A DNA stretch of 64,000 nucleotides from Ramazzottius varieornatus (Eukaryota > Animalia > Tardigrada), in NCBI GenBank assembly GCA_001949185.1, contig BDGG01000013.1, positions 434,001-498,000 of the forward strand, read 5' to 3'. Each line of letters opens with the position of its first letter. Within the stretch, counting starts at the first letter, position 1. The notes beneath the pieces were generated by a model. It did no database searches, was not told the DNA's origin, and was given only the letters and a program-made list of their open reading frames with translations. Both the position numbers and the translations under genes were made by a program. Positions 49,858 through 60,961 of the stretch are shown piece by piece.

Positions 49858-52800
49858 TTACAGTGCGCTAGAGCTTTGATTATTGTCGTCATCATCCATG
49901 TCGAAACCAAAGAGGAAATTCTCGTGTGGAAGTTCATGACGAAATCTTCTCTTGACGAAAGTGGAGTTGATCGACTGCTCTGCTGGTACAACTGCCAGTA
50001 CATAGTAGAGTACTTTGTGTGAATCGGGTGGTGTGTCTTTGGAAAATTCTTCCCTCACTTCATGGTCAAAGACAACCGTGACGTTGGTCGCGTTGTTTTC
50101 TCCTGACAAAAGAAAATGTTACACTTCAAAACTTACGCTAATCAATAACGTTCAGAAGGGTTATCGGCTAGTCTCATTCTGCGGTATTACCGGAGAGAAT
50201 TCGCGTCCAGGTTGTTGCCATTAGGTTCAAATAGTCATCCCGGTCTTTGGTGTTGTTATAAACTAGCCAGATGTAATCGGACAAAACGAACCCGGAAGGC
50301 AAAGGTGGCGCCAGTAATGCTTCTTTCAGCGTTGCCTGAAAGAAACACACTGTTTCAATTGAGCTCCAGCGATGCCTGGCCCACTCTACAACGTACACTG
50401 GACGAATTGGCGGTATAGTCGAAATGGGTCAAAATGTGTGTCGGCTGCAAGTTGGATAAGCTGTTCTGGGAGCTTGAGATGGACATTCCAGGTAGCAAGT
50501 TCTCGAATTGCGCCCGGAGTAGCGGTATATCCACATGCGACTGATTGGTCTGAATAATAACCACGTAGGAGATATCGTGGATTTGTTTCAACGTCGAAGT
50601 TCCCAGGGCTAAACTGAGGTCGCGGTTGACCACGTCGCTGTACAGTGTTATATCGACACTGGTGGCATTTGAACCTGAAGATAATGACCGTTGTTGCTAT
50701 AGATGGGAACTTTTTTCCTGTGTACTTGGAGCTTGATATTGATATGGATCAACATACCTAAAACACGTTGCCATAAGTTTTGGATGACTTGAAGCATGTT
50801 CACGAGTTCTTGAGGCGTGGAGTAGCTGACCGAGAGCCCAGCCGGGATGACGATGAGGTCTTCGCGACGGTCGTTTGCACTGACGGAAGAGTTGGCATAA
50901 GTGAGAAGCTGGGTGTGGTTGGTCTCAGGAGAGGACAGGTACTGGTGGAAAGCGCTCTTTAAAACGTCAATGTTCCATCCGCGTTGGTGAGTCAGTATAA
51001 GCACCATGTAACTCAACCGGTGGGAACCAGTGGTGGCATTTGCCACGTCAAAGTATGGCCGGATCTGCACATCGACTGCGTTTTTCCCTATGTTAAAATA
51101 ATTTTGTATCCCGAGTTTTCTAGGAAACCTCTCTGGGGTTGACTTTGAAATCGATTTTTACCCATGAAGTCGATCCACATTTTGGTCAGTGCTTCGAAGA
51201 CGGCGTCTCGTTCGGCATCAGTTGAGTAATTTGCTTCGATGACATTGTCGAAGACGTAAGATTCTATTGAATCCGGCTGTATCGTTTGAAGCGCTATTTC
51301 TGTTATGTTTGAATGCGGAGAATTTCTTTGCGCTGTCAGTTCTGTGACAGAGTTGCTGCTTGTATCCAAGATGACTGATGGCAAATTAGCCTTCACGAGT
51401 CGCTGGTTGAACTCGGCTGTGATCTTTTCCTGATCGTAGTTAGTAGCGTTGGTAATGACGAAAACAGTATAGGTTACGTAATGGACCTTCGTGCCGGAAG
51501 TGTCAAGGCCGCCATCCACGTCAATGGTAGAATCGTTTGAGACGACTAAGCGTACGTCGATCTGGTTAAAGCCTACAACACACAGTAGCCGTGACGGGGA
51601 TGTAGCTCAGATGGTAGAGCGCCCGCTTAGCATGCGGGAGGTAGGGGGATCGATACCCTCCATCTCCAGTTTTTCCACTTTTTCAGCTGTGTTTTCTTTA
51701 ATACGAAATAACGATAGACTTACCGAAAACATCCTTCCAGACATTGAGCACGGATTCCAGCACAGTTGAACGTTCACTTTCAGATGTGTAGTTGAGCAGA
51801 ATAGTGTTGGGTAAAGCGAAGCCGAGCAACGGTCCGGTCGAATCTCTTTTCGGCTACAAAAAGGATAAGGGAAATGACTGCACGACTCATACACATCCAC
51901 CCAGGCTGAGGTATGAATAGATTCGAAATTGTAGAGGCCTTGTTAATTTTTTATAGTCAATTTGTTTATATTGGTACATCGACGTACCGTGGTAAAGTTC
52001 AATGAGGAGCTGGAGTTGTTCGGTACTTCATGAACGAATTGTGAACGTTCGGGGATCGTCAGGATGGTCAGACCCGGCATAGCAATTCTCGACACCAGAC
52101 GGTCTGCTGTGGCTCTCAAACCATCTACGTCAAGCTCCAGCGGACTTGTTGATTTGACGAGGACAATGTAAAAGAGATCGATCAGCTGCTCGTTACCGGC
52201 AAGAGGGCCGGCGTGCGGAGCTTCACGGTAGATCGACACCTGGATATCCTGTGCTTGTCTCCCTATAAGGACGAAATACCTCATGTTGACAACTTCCTCT
52301 TTGGAGAATATAACAGTTTCTTGCCTACCGACTACGTCCATCCAGATGATTTGAAGGGCTTTCAGCAGCTGCTCTCTTTCGGTCGAAGTTGCGTCGGCAC
52401 TTATGGAGACGGAGTCGAGAATGACGTTATTATGAACGCTAGCATCACCAATGGCACCACCGGTAGCAGAGGCAGGTCTCACAGTGGTGGTGGTGGTGGT
52501 GGCTCGTCGAGTCAGTAGTTCTAATGTGCGGGTATTGTTAGCCAGCAGCTGCAAGAAGCGCACCCTGGCAGCTTCCACGTTGATGTCGGGAAGTTTCCCC
52601 AGTACCAGTACGACGTAGTCGATATTCGTTACTGGGATTTCCGATGAGTTGACTGGTCTGATGGTGGTGTTGTGGTACACTGCAAGCTTGACGTCTTCCG
52701 TCTCGTTACCTGAAAGAAACAAACGCCCGAATGAAAATTTCACTGTCGACATCAACTGGCGCACAGGGAAAGCCTACTGTAAGCCTAGACATACCGAAAG

Positions 52801-55339
52801 CGTCGAGCCAAGTGATCCGTAGGTCGTCCATCGCTTCCGGTATCGTTGTAGTACTGGCCAGTTGTAACATGATGTTTTCGAAGAACACTGCCGAGTGGAC
52901 CTGGGCGAGACCACTCCCGGCCAGCGTAGTCCTTATCAGCTTTTCGGCTGCCAAAGTCGCCAGGGCATCCAACTCGGGTGAACCCTTGACGTTCTTCCGT
53001 CGAATTGTAGTTGTTGGGACCCGAGTAGTTGAGTTTGTCTGCGCCATGACGCCCTGTTTCGCTTCCAGGGAAGCTCTGCTGCCACCAGTGGTAGTTGTAG
53101 TGCTGGCTGAGCTGGTCGTGCTGGTTGATCTCTTTGCGGTTGTGAAATAGATAATTCTCGTTGATGGAAAAGTGGTCAACCTTGTGGTTGGGTGTGTTGA
53201 AGAAGTAACCAGGGTCGTTCTGTGCGTGGTGGAAGAAGTGGTCGGGGCGGTACTCGTAGTTGTGACGGTGGTGGTTGTTCTTTTGGTAGAGGGTGCCATC
53301 GAGGGGGTTGTAGCGGTAGTGATCATGGTGGTAGATGGTGTCGTAGTCGTGCTGGTTGATGTGGTAGAAGTGGTAGTCGGCATAGTTGAGGTGGTGGTGG
53401 TAGCGCGTGTCGTCGTGGTTGTTGGTCTCGTGGTTGGCGGGGTAGATGTAGTCGTTGAAGTTGCGGGTTGCTGAGTCGTCGTGGTAGGCGGCGCGGTGAT
53501 AGTTACTGGGACTTTGGTGGTGGTGACCACGGTGGTCGTGGATGTTGAAGTGGTAGTCGATGTTGTGGCCGTTGAAGTAGACGAAGAGGCGCGTACTACG
53601 ATCTCGGCAGCATTCTGCCTTGTCTGGCTCTTGGACCACAGAACACCAGGAAGTACCACCCACCTAGTCGTAAAACCGTTACTGACGAATGGTCGAGTTG
53701 ATAACGAAGTGGAAGCTGGTGTTGTGGCTTCGGTCGTCACCGACTCTCCACTGGCACCAAACGGAATCTGTTCTTCGGTTGCAGTCGTTAAATCAATCGG
53801 CATGGAAGTCTTAGCCGCAGTCTTGGCCGCGGTGGATGATCCAATTGACGATTTGGTGCTCACTGCGACGAATTCAGTGGTCGAGATAACACTAGGAGCC
53901 GGAGTGAAGGGCAAGTCTGGACTGACGATGAAGAAGTCTTTTTCGTTCAGATCAGTGTTTGCTGAGGCTGACGTCGTTGCCGCTGTTGCGACATTTGGTA
54001 GGGGTGATCCAATGGTCACTGTTGATGTAGCTTCAGGGGTTGGTTGGGTGAATGAATGGACAATGGCGACCGGCACTGTCCCGTCAGGCGCCAAAACCCG
54101 TAAAGCTTCTTGGTGGAATTGAGTCCTGACGTTCTCGACATGGACCTTGGCGTCAGTCAAGCCGCTCATCTCGTAGGTAATATCATAGACCAGCGTCACC
54201 ACCCCCGACACCGTCATATTCTGCAGCGTACTATTGACAAAGCGGATATCCCGAAAGACGAAGCGCGGGCCCAAAACAGAGATCCACAACTGTTTGATCT
54301 GTTGGAGTAGCTGGATAACCTGCGCCGCGTTGTCGTAAGGGAGGAGAACCGAGTCGGTGATCTCAAAGGGCTCCGCTGGGACAGAGTACTCGGTGGTTGA
54401 TGGACGAAGGGTGGTAGTGGTGGATGAAACGCTGGCGTCGCTGAGACTAGTGAGGGTTGGACCAGCAATGGATATTCCCCAAACGCCATGTCCGACTAGA
54501 CGCGAGGCGAGAAGAAGCTGTCGAAAGCTCGGCTCAAAGTCGCGGGAAGTCAGTCGGACACTGCTATTGCCGGAAATGATGTATGTGATGAAGTGTTTAG
54601 AGATGGTGCCGGAAGACGCAGAGGCTTCGTTGTACAAAGTCAGCTGAATATTCGTAGCAATCGGCCCTGAAATAAATCCATCCTCCATGTGTGCAAAGCC
54701 ATTCCGACCGGAAACATAAAAACGAAAATTAAATAATGCTCACCTAAAAGGTTGGACCAGATTTCTTTTATGCTTTGAAGCAAGTCGTCTCGTTGAGTGT
54801 CATTGGTATAAGTCAAGCCTATAGACTCGAGGAAAGCGAACAAGTTTCCTTCCTGGGTGGTGTTGATTGGTATGACTGGGATTCGCGTGAACGACAGGAG
54901 AGATCTGAACTTTTCTTTGGCGTCACGTTGGTCAACTGCCGAGGGCGAGTTCCCCAGCACCGCATACGTGACAATACTGGCGGTGGAGTTGTCGGCAAAG
55001 TCCGTGGGGTTGGTTAAATCTGGCTCGTCGTTGACCAGGACAACTTGGACATCCGTCACCATCGGCGCTAGACGAAAATCAAATTCAACGTTTGCTTGTG
55101 ACGACTTTGGTTGTGGCATTGTTTACCGAGAGCATCTTCCCACACTTGGGTAAGCTGCTGTAAAGCTACGTCACGGTCATTAGTGGATGCATAGGCTAGA
55201 AGAACCGCGTCGGCCAAGGTGAACGACCAGGTGGATGGCTGGATAACCAGAGGCGTTTCCGTTGTGTTCGCCATAATCGGCTGTCGATCACCCCCCGACA
55301 AATCGGAAACTGAATCGTCCAATTTGACTATATCATTCT
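49858..55339 (-). CDS. Large mucin-like protein: Thr/Ser-rich central domain plus ~8-9 repeats of a ~100-aa SEA-like module; 5' end unresolved
   Basis: 660-aa Thr-rich ORF 52706-54688. Repeated helix ending W-x4-G (QVWEDALG, EIWSNLLG, QLWISVLG, ITWLDAFG, IIWMDVVG, KMWIDFMG, NLWQRVLG, TTWTRILSG) followed by V-x-V and [VI]-x-Y-x-V strands. Phase-1 introns usually at that Gly; many NxS/T sites; last exon 50102-49858. Confidence 0.8.
51596..51668 (+). tRNA. tRNA-Ala (AGC)
   Basis: 73-nt cloverleaf, acceptor stem GGGGATG/CATCTCC with G3:U70, anticodon loop TTAGCAT, T-run terminator; antisense inside a mucin-gene intron. Confidence 0.97.
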
Positions 55340-56213
55340 CTGCAACAGAAAATCCAGCGTGGTGATTGATACGTTTCGCATTTTCAGCAGTAATGATGTG
55401 AATTTACAGAGACGTTTTACCAGATACGTATTGGGTCCTTTAGCCCACGATATTATCAATCTTTATGGCTTGATTTACCTGTAACCCTTCCTTGTGCGAT
55501 GAAACGTGCTCCCGAAACACACGAAATCTGGAACACGCGAAAAACTTGCAGTAGACAACATAGTTGAGTAGACCACAAAGTTCAGAGAATAATTACCGCT
55601 AAAAATATGAATAACGCGAAGAGAAGCATGACGAGTGATCTCAATCGAATCCGGTCGCGATACTGTAGAAGCGCAATACGGCGTTCCTTGGAACAAATTC
55701 GAAAATCGAAGGATCGAAGAACAATAAAAATCGGTAGATAGCTGATAGTTGTCAGAAAGTAAAACTATCAGTCATTGCGGAAGAAAGTGAAGGTATCCTA
55801 TCGACATTTGATGGCGATGACATCCGACTTCTCCCCTGCGGCGATCGCTGACGAGAGCAAAAGATGCGCAAGTTCATTGTCACGTTATTGGTTTGCTGCT
55901 CAGTTGAATCTTTAGTAACGTGACACAGCCTTGAAGTGTATCCTGTTCAATGAGCAATGAAACTTTCAACGCTCAGGTAACTGTCGGCCCGCGAACTTTG
56001 CGCTTCCTTTTTGTTGGTCCGCTGAAGACATTCAACCTCGTTTTTAACTGACAAACCATCGATTCCGCCCATTTTCGGGTGACACGTAAGACTGAGATAC
56101 GTATAGTTTTTAATGGGATCGACAATAACGTAGGACCGTCCATCGATAAAGTTAACAACGAAGAGCTCGTCGCAAGAATTATTGTTGCTCCGTCAATCGA
56201 AAAAGTGAAAAAC

Positions 56214-56286
56214 TGGAGATGGAGGGTATCGATCCCCCTACCTCCCGCATGCTAAGCGGGCGCTCTACCATCTGAGCTACATCCCC
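56214..56286 (-). tRNA. tRNA-Ala (AGC), identical to 51596-51668
   Basis: Exact reverse complement; followed by GTTTTTCACTTTTT Pol III terminator. Confidence 0.97.
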
Positions 56287-56798
56287 ACACATAACAGTAC
56301 GGGCAGAGACTATCAATATCATCTTAACGCCACGTACTGCGATACATGTCCGTGCAACAGTTCGTGCAACAGGAAGTTCGTAATTGTTATTCTTCGAGCA
56401 ACAGTACACAAAATACTTATCGTTGTTCTGCGACCGTGAAGCCCTAATGAATTCATGGACCGTAAGGTACATCCACACCAAAATTCGAGGTCGATTTTCC
56501 ATTACCCTGCGAAAATGCAGTGCACATTCAGTTGTGAGTCCTCGGTACTATCCACTATCAAACCAAGCTTACCAAAAAACAAGACTATAAAAATAAACGC
56601 TAAAACAACACACATAAACTTTTCGCTGTTTATAGACAGTGAAGCAAAATACCGAATAGTACGTGTGCATCAGCCACTTCGTCAGAACTCGAACTAGAAA
56701 GGGCAGTAGCACAGATACTGTTCAATAATTTTATGAACTAACTCAGTATTCTTCTACTCCGGAAACTGAGATAAATTTGGTAGTTTGTGGTAGGTGGC

Positions 56799-57143
56799 TT
56801 ATCCGTGGCGAAGATAACCCGTCTTGGCCCTCCCAGAAGCGGAAAACACCAAAACTGGTTCGACTGCTAGGCCATAGACGGGTTCTCTTAGCGGTCCTAG
56901 AAAGTCTAGGTCAACCGGCTCCGATCCTTCGGCATTAGCTCCTTCGGTCCTCGGTCCCACATCGAAAGCCGCGTGGCGAAACATCCAGTTCGGAATGGCA
57001 ATCTTCGGCATGAAGTGTTTCAGCTTGACGACGCGTAAACCATTACTGGCATATTCGGTCCCTTCCTTGGTAGTTAAACCAGCAACGCAGGTAAATAGCA
57101 GCATGGCCACCGCCAGCTGATGGACTGCTCGGAAGCTAGCCAT
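56799..57143 (-). CDS. Small putative secreted protein (~114 aa), unknown family
   Basis: Single ORF starting MASFRAVHQLAVAMLLFTCVAG (signal-peptide-like); no recognised homology. Confidence 0.5.
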   Translation of the reverse strand: MASFRAVHQLAVAMLLFTCVAGLTTKEGTEYASNGLRVVKLKHFMPKIAIPNWMFRHAAFDVGPRTEGANAEGSEPVDLDFLGPLREPVYGLAVEPVLVFSASGRAKTGYLRHG

Positions 57144-57869
57144 GATGAAACACTTACCGAGTAAAAGCTCCACGTAAATGGTGTATCGGAGACATCGGCG
57201 TATTCGGATCAACTGCGGATGATACAGTTATTTGATACGATAAATCGTCAAGACGGTTTCATCGGTTGATTATACTGTACTTAATTATGTGTTTCTGGTC
57301 TGCGGTACATACTTTACCGACAACGCCAGGCGACACGATAGATGATCAATTTCCTGAATGCTGGCTGGGACTTCCCCAAAAAGTATTCCCTAGCGTTCTC
57401 ATCTCTTTTTTTCCTGGTTTGATCAGCACACACAACGGGATAAATTTTCTTCCTACATTCAACCTGGAGAAAGTAGTGAAATATCATATGCGTCAACCTA
57501 CCAAGTAAAGAAACGTTAAGAAGGGCCTGAACGCTTCGTCGACCATGATCCGAAAATCGCGGAAGGGTATTCAGAAGTTCCTCACAGTCTTGCTTGCAAA
57601 CTGATCCATCACACTTTATAGGGTGCGACGATCTGATTGCTGGACCACCTAGATCAATCATGCCGTTCGAGAGTTCGCGCTCCTCCGTCAGAACTCCACA
57701 TCCAAGTTTGACAAAGTCCTTGAGTACATCACTAATGGCTCGAACGTCAACCTGAAGTGAAGGAACATTGACCGCTCTATTTAAATCCTTCGAACATTCA
57801 GAGTTTTCCCGGTGAGATTTGGCTCGTTGTCCAGTTTCTCCTGAGCCTTGTCCGTTTCTTCCGTCAGAA

Positions 57870-58145
57870 ATGGCTGTGATCGACTGTTCCCTTTTGTGTT
57901 TTGCGTTGCTTCTGGTTATCGCCTGTCCTGTATTTTCTCTCGTTGCAGAGGATAGGCCAGACGGCTATGGCTTTCAGTTCGCCCGAAGTTTCGCACTCGT
58001 CCTCTAGTCTTCTCAACCGATCAAAACTGAGACTGCTAGGTTACCTCTTTTCCGGTAAGGGAAGAAGCTCCGACGTTGATCGAACAGGCATGGTTGTAGC
58101 CAAACGTGATATCTTCGACGCAGCCATCGATGAGTTTCTGCGCAG
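57870..58145 (+). CDS. Possible small secreted peptide precursor (spliced; continues across the gap)
   Basis: MAVIDCSLLCFALLLVIACPVFS signal-like; a short GT-AG intron could join to ..SYLFSGKGRSS..VAKRDIFDAAIDEFLR with a KR site; GT donor at 58146. Confidence 0.35.
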
Positions 58146-58157
58146 GTAGACATACTA

Positions 58158-58299
58158 TATTACCTCTAAGGTTTNNNNNNNNNNNNNNNNNNNNNNNNNN
58201 NNNNNNNNNNNNNNNNNNNNNNNNNNNNNNNNNNNNNNNNNNNNNNNNNNNNNNNNNNNNNNNNNNNNNNNNNNNNNNNNNNNAACCTTAGAGGTAATA
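58158..58299. mobile_element. TA-flanked inverted-repeat element spanning the assembly gap (N 58175-58283)
   Basis: TATTACCTCTAAGGTT before the gap and AACCTTAGAGGTAATA after it are exact reverse complements. Confidence 0.7.
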
Positions 58300-58884
58300 C
58301 AGTACCCCTTCCTGGAGGACTCATGTTCGAGCCTCTGTTCGGACGAGCCTCCGAACCATAATTAGACTAAGAGTTATCCGTAATAAAAAGGTCGCACCCG
58401 AAAGTGAAGTGGAAGTGGAAGAACGGAACTCGTTAATGGGGAGACCAATGCCGAAACCTGTCTTCAAACACTGGTAATGTTAGCGTTGGAGTTTGTTGAT
58501 TCGCCGGAACTGTGCATGAGATCGCACTGTGGTGCTACAGTTTATCGCGCACTGGACCAAGCAAACAGTGAATGATGCCCGGGTGAGACTCATAGTCTAT
58601 GATAACATCATGTGATCACACGGGACAGCGATGGCTCATCACGTGGTTGAGTACGCGATAAATCGGCGGCACTACCGTGAAGCACAGCGCTGCGAACGCA
58701 CCTAAAATATACAGTACAGCAGTAGCCCAAGCGGTTTGGAAGTAGAAATCTGCACGCAGTCAGACTCTGGACCGGGTGGACAACAACGGTGGCAATACAA
58801 TTGGCTATGTTTTACAAAGAGCTTGTGAAGTTGCGTACTCGTACACGAAATTCAAGCTGCAGTGCGATGTAAATTAAATTACTA

Positions 58885-59415
58885 TCACAAGATGAAGGGT
58901 GCAACTTGTACCGCTGTGTTCATTAGACGGCCAGCGCTATCTTTCCATATGCTAGGGTCCCACGAGGGCTTCCAGCCCATGGTCCGAAGAAGGGTCTTCA
59001 TCTGCAACCCAGAGGCACGTTGGTAAAATTCGGAACAAGTCATACAGATCTGAAGTGCATACGCTGAAGGTTGTTCTTGAATTACCCAGTCAATTAAGGT
59101 TCGTATAAGACCTGCATTGGGATCAGTGGCACCTGTCTCATGCTCTCCCTGTCTGATGACTTGTCCATCTGGAACAGCACTCGGATATGACGAATCTTGG
59201 TACCCCTGTCGAATAACGTTTCCATTTGGTGGGTCGTTTCGGTTTGGAACAACAGTCGGATACGTCGAATCTCGGTCTCCCTGTCGAATAACGTTTCCGC
59301 TGGGATACATCTCGGACTGACGTTTGAATCTCCCAAATGAAGCGCTCTCCATTGATGACCAGGAGTCAACAAATACTAAACATGATAGCGATGTAGCAAC
59401 AAGGAACTTCTCCAT
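58885..59415 (-). CDS. Secreted prepropeptide-like protein (176 aa) with furin site and three G[NQ]VIRQG repeats
   Basis: Hydrophobic N-terminus, RFKR|Q, repeats visible at DNA level (CCCTGTCGAATAACGTTTCC x2), single-exon ORF. Confidence 0.7.
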   Translation of the reverse strand: MEKFLVATSLSCLVFVDSWSSMESASFGRFKRQSEMYPSGNVIRQGDRDSTYPTVVPNRNDPPNGNVIRQGYQDSSYPSAVPDGQVIRQGEHETGATDPNAGLIRTLIDWVIQEQPSAYALQICMTCSEFYQRASGLQMKTLLRTMGWKPSWDPSIWKDSAGRLMNTAVQVAPFIL

Positions 59416-60961
59416 TTTCGACTAATCTTTCTATGGGTAATACTGCAACCGGGACAAACGTGAAAATACGCAGAAGTTGACGTTCTGCCTACACGATAAA
59501 TAGTCTGAACTGCGGACGATTGAGAAAAAGATTCACACCCTTTGACCGGTAACTTTCCGAGCTAATCAACAGTTAATCTATCTTTGTGGCGTCGTGACTA
59601 ATACAGTGGCGCAAGGTCCGAGAAATAACGTAGACACACTCAGATTTTTCAGATTTTTCGGATTTCAGATTTTCCAGACTAGACTTTGGTTCAGAGAGCC
59701 GTCGGATTTTACTGTTGTACCGACTCAGTATATGTACTGGTCCCAGGGGCATACTTCTACTGTTTTTTCTCGTTCCAAATGAAACGATCAGATCCCGGAG
59801 TAGACTCGGTGTTAAGCTGCCCGGCCTCAAAAACATGCCTATCAGGAACGATTGTCCAGGAATGATAGGCCTATGCACATGTTTCATGTGGATAGTGAAC
59901 TGAGAGCCAGCTGTGGATCGCTACATATCGAACTGTTACAGATAGATACGGTACTCTTTTCGTCCCGAGTCTGGTACCTCATTATAGAGATTAAGTTGCC
60001 ATTCCACTTTTTGTACAAACTGGAACCGGTGTCGGGTTGAAACCGGCAAAGGTTAAATTCCTGGCGAAAGCTGTGGTATCTTTGATATCGGGCTCGAAAA
60101 TAAACAACAACTACAGCGAAAGACAGGACAGGCCCGACAAGAACGGTGGCGACAGCACGGTAAGTACCTCTTTCGCGCATGGCATGACTCTTTCAGGGTG
60201 GACACCCTCTGGGAAACTACGGAACAAAAATGCAGAGACGATGCTTTTTCTTCGGAAAAAACACGAAGGCAGATGTAAACAGGGCTTGGAGCCGCTGAGT
60301 ACAGTTCCCGACAAAATTGATTGGCGTGAAGAACTCCAAAGAGGTCAGTTCGTCATCGAAGACGGGGTCGCAAACCACCGAATCAACCTTTACCAGCAGA
60401 ATGATCCTCACAGTCAGAAAGACCACACACCACCGCTGCAGAACAGGAAGTTTGGGGTCTATCCTCACGACATACTTCCGTCGAGACAAGTTTCGATACT
60501 CAGGGGTGTTCTAATCCATGGAAAATAAATGCATGCATGGAGTGAATTTTATTTTCAGAACTGGTTGGGACACAAAACAAAAAGACGACCAGACATAAAA
60601 ACATTTTGAAAGTCCACAAAATTCGGCAGCTGCTCTATTCCACAGAAATTCATATTGCAATAGGTTATGACTGTACACTGGATAACACAGGAAACCATGT
60701 CTCTTTTTGAAAAGCGATAAACGTGAAACATAAACGCGGGATATGGATATCGATACGTGGCCCAATTTCGAATAAATACTTTCCAAATTAAAAACACTTT
60801 CTGCAACAAAGGCTTCAAAGAAAACCCATGGACAAACTCAAAATCCATCAGAGGAGGAAGAATTCACGGCACACTCACACCAATACAAAATAGTATAAAA
60901 CCTTGGTCAACGAAGCTAGCAGCAGATTTCTGAGAAACAGCGGTACATACGTAAACGTTGT

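Noticed and set aside
52731-54647. Val-rich plus-strand ORFs and the His/Asn-rich 292-aa minus-strand ORF
   Set aside because: Antisense and alternative-frame shadows of the Thr-rich mucin exon.
57498-57751. Minus-strand open frame bounded by AG/GT (VDVRAISDVLKDF...LLNVSLL)
   Set aside because: Exon-like, but I could not link it to other exons or a family.
59884-60489. Possible small membrane protein from two minus-strand ORFs
   Set aside because: Hydrophobic segments are present but no consistent splice model or homology was found.
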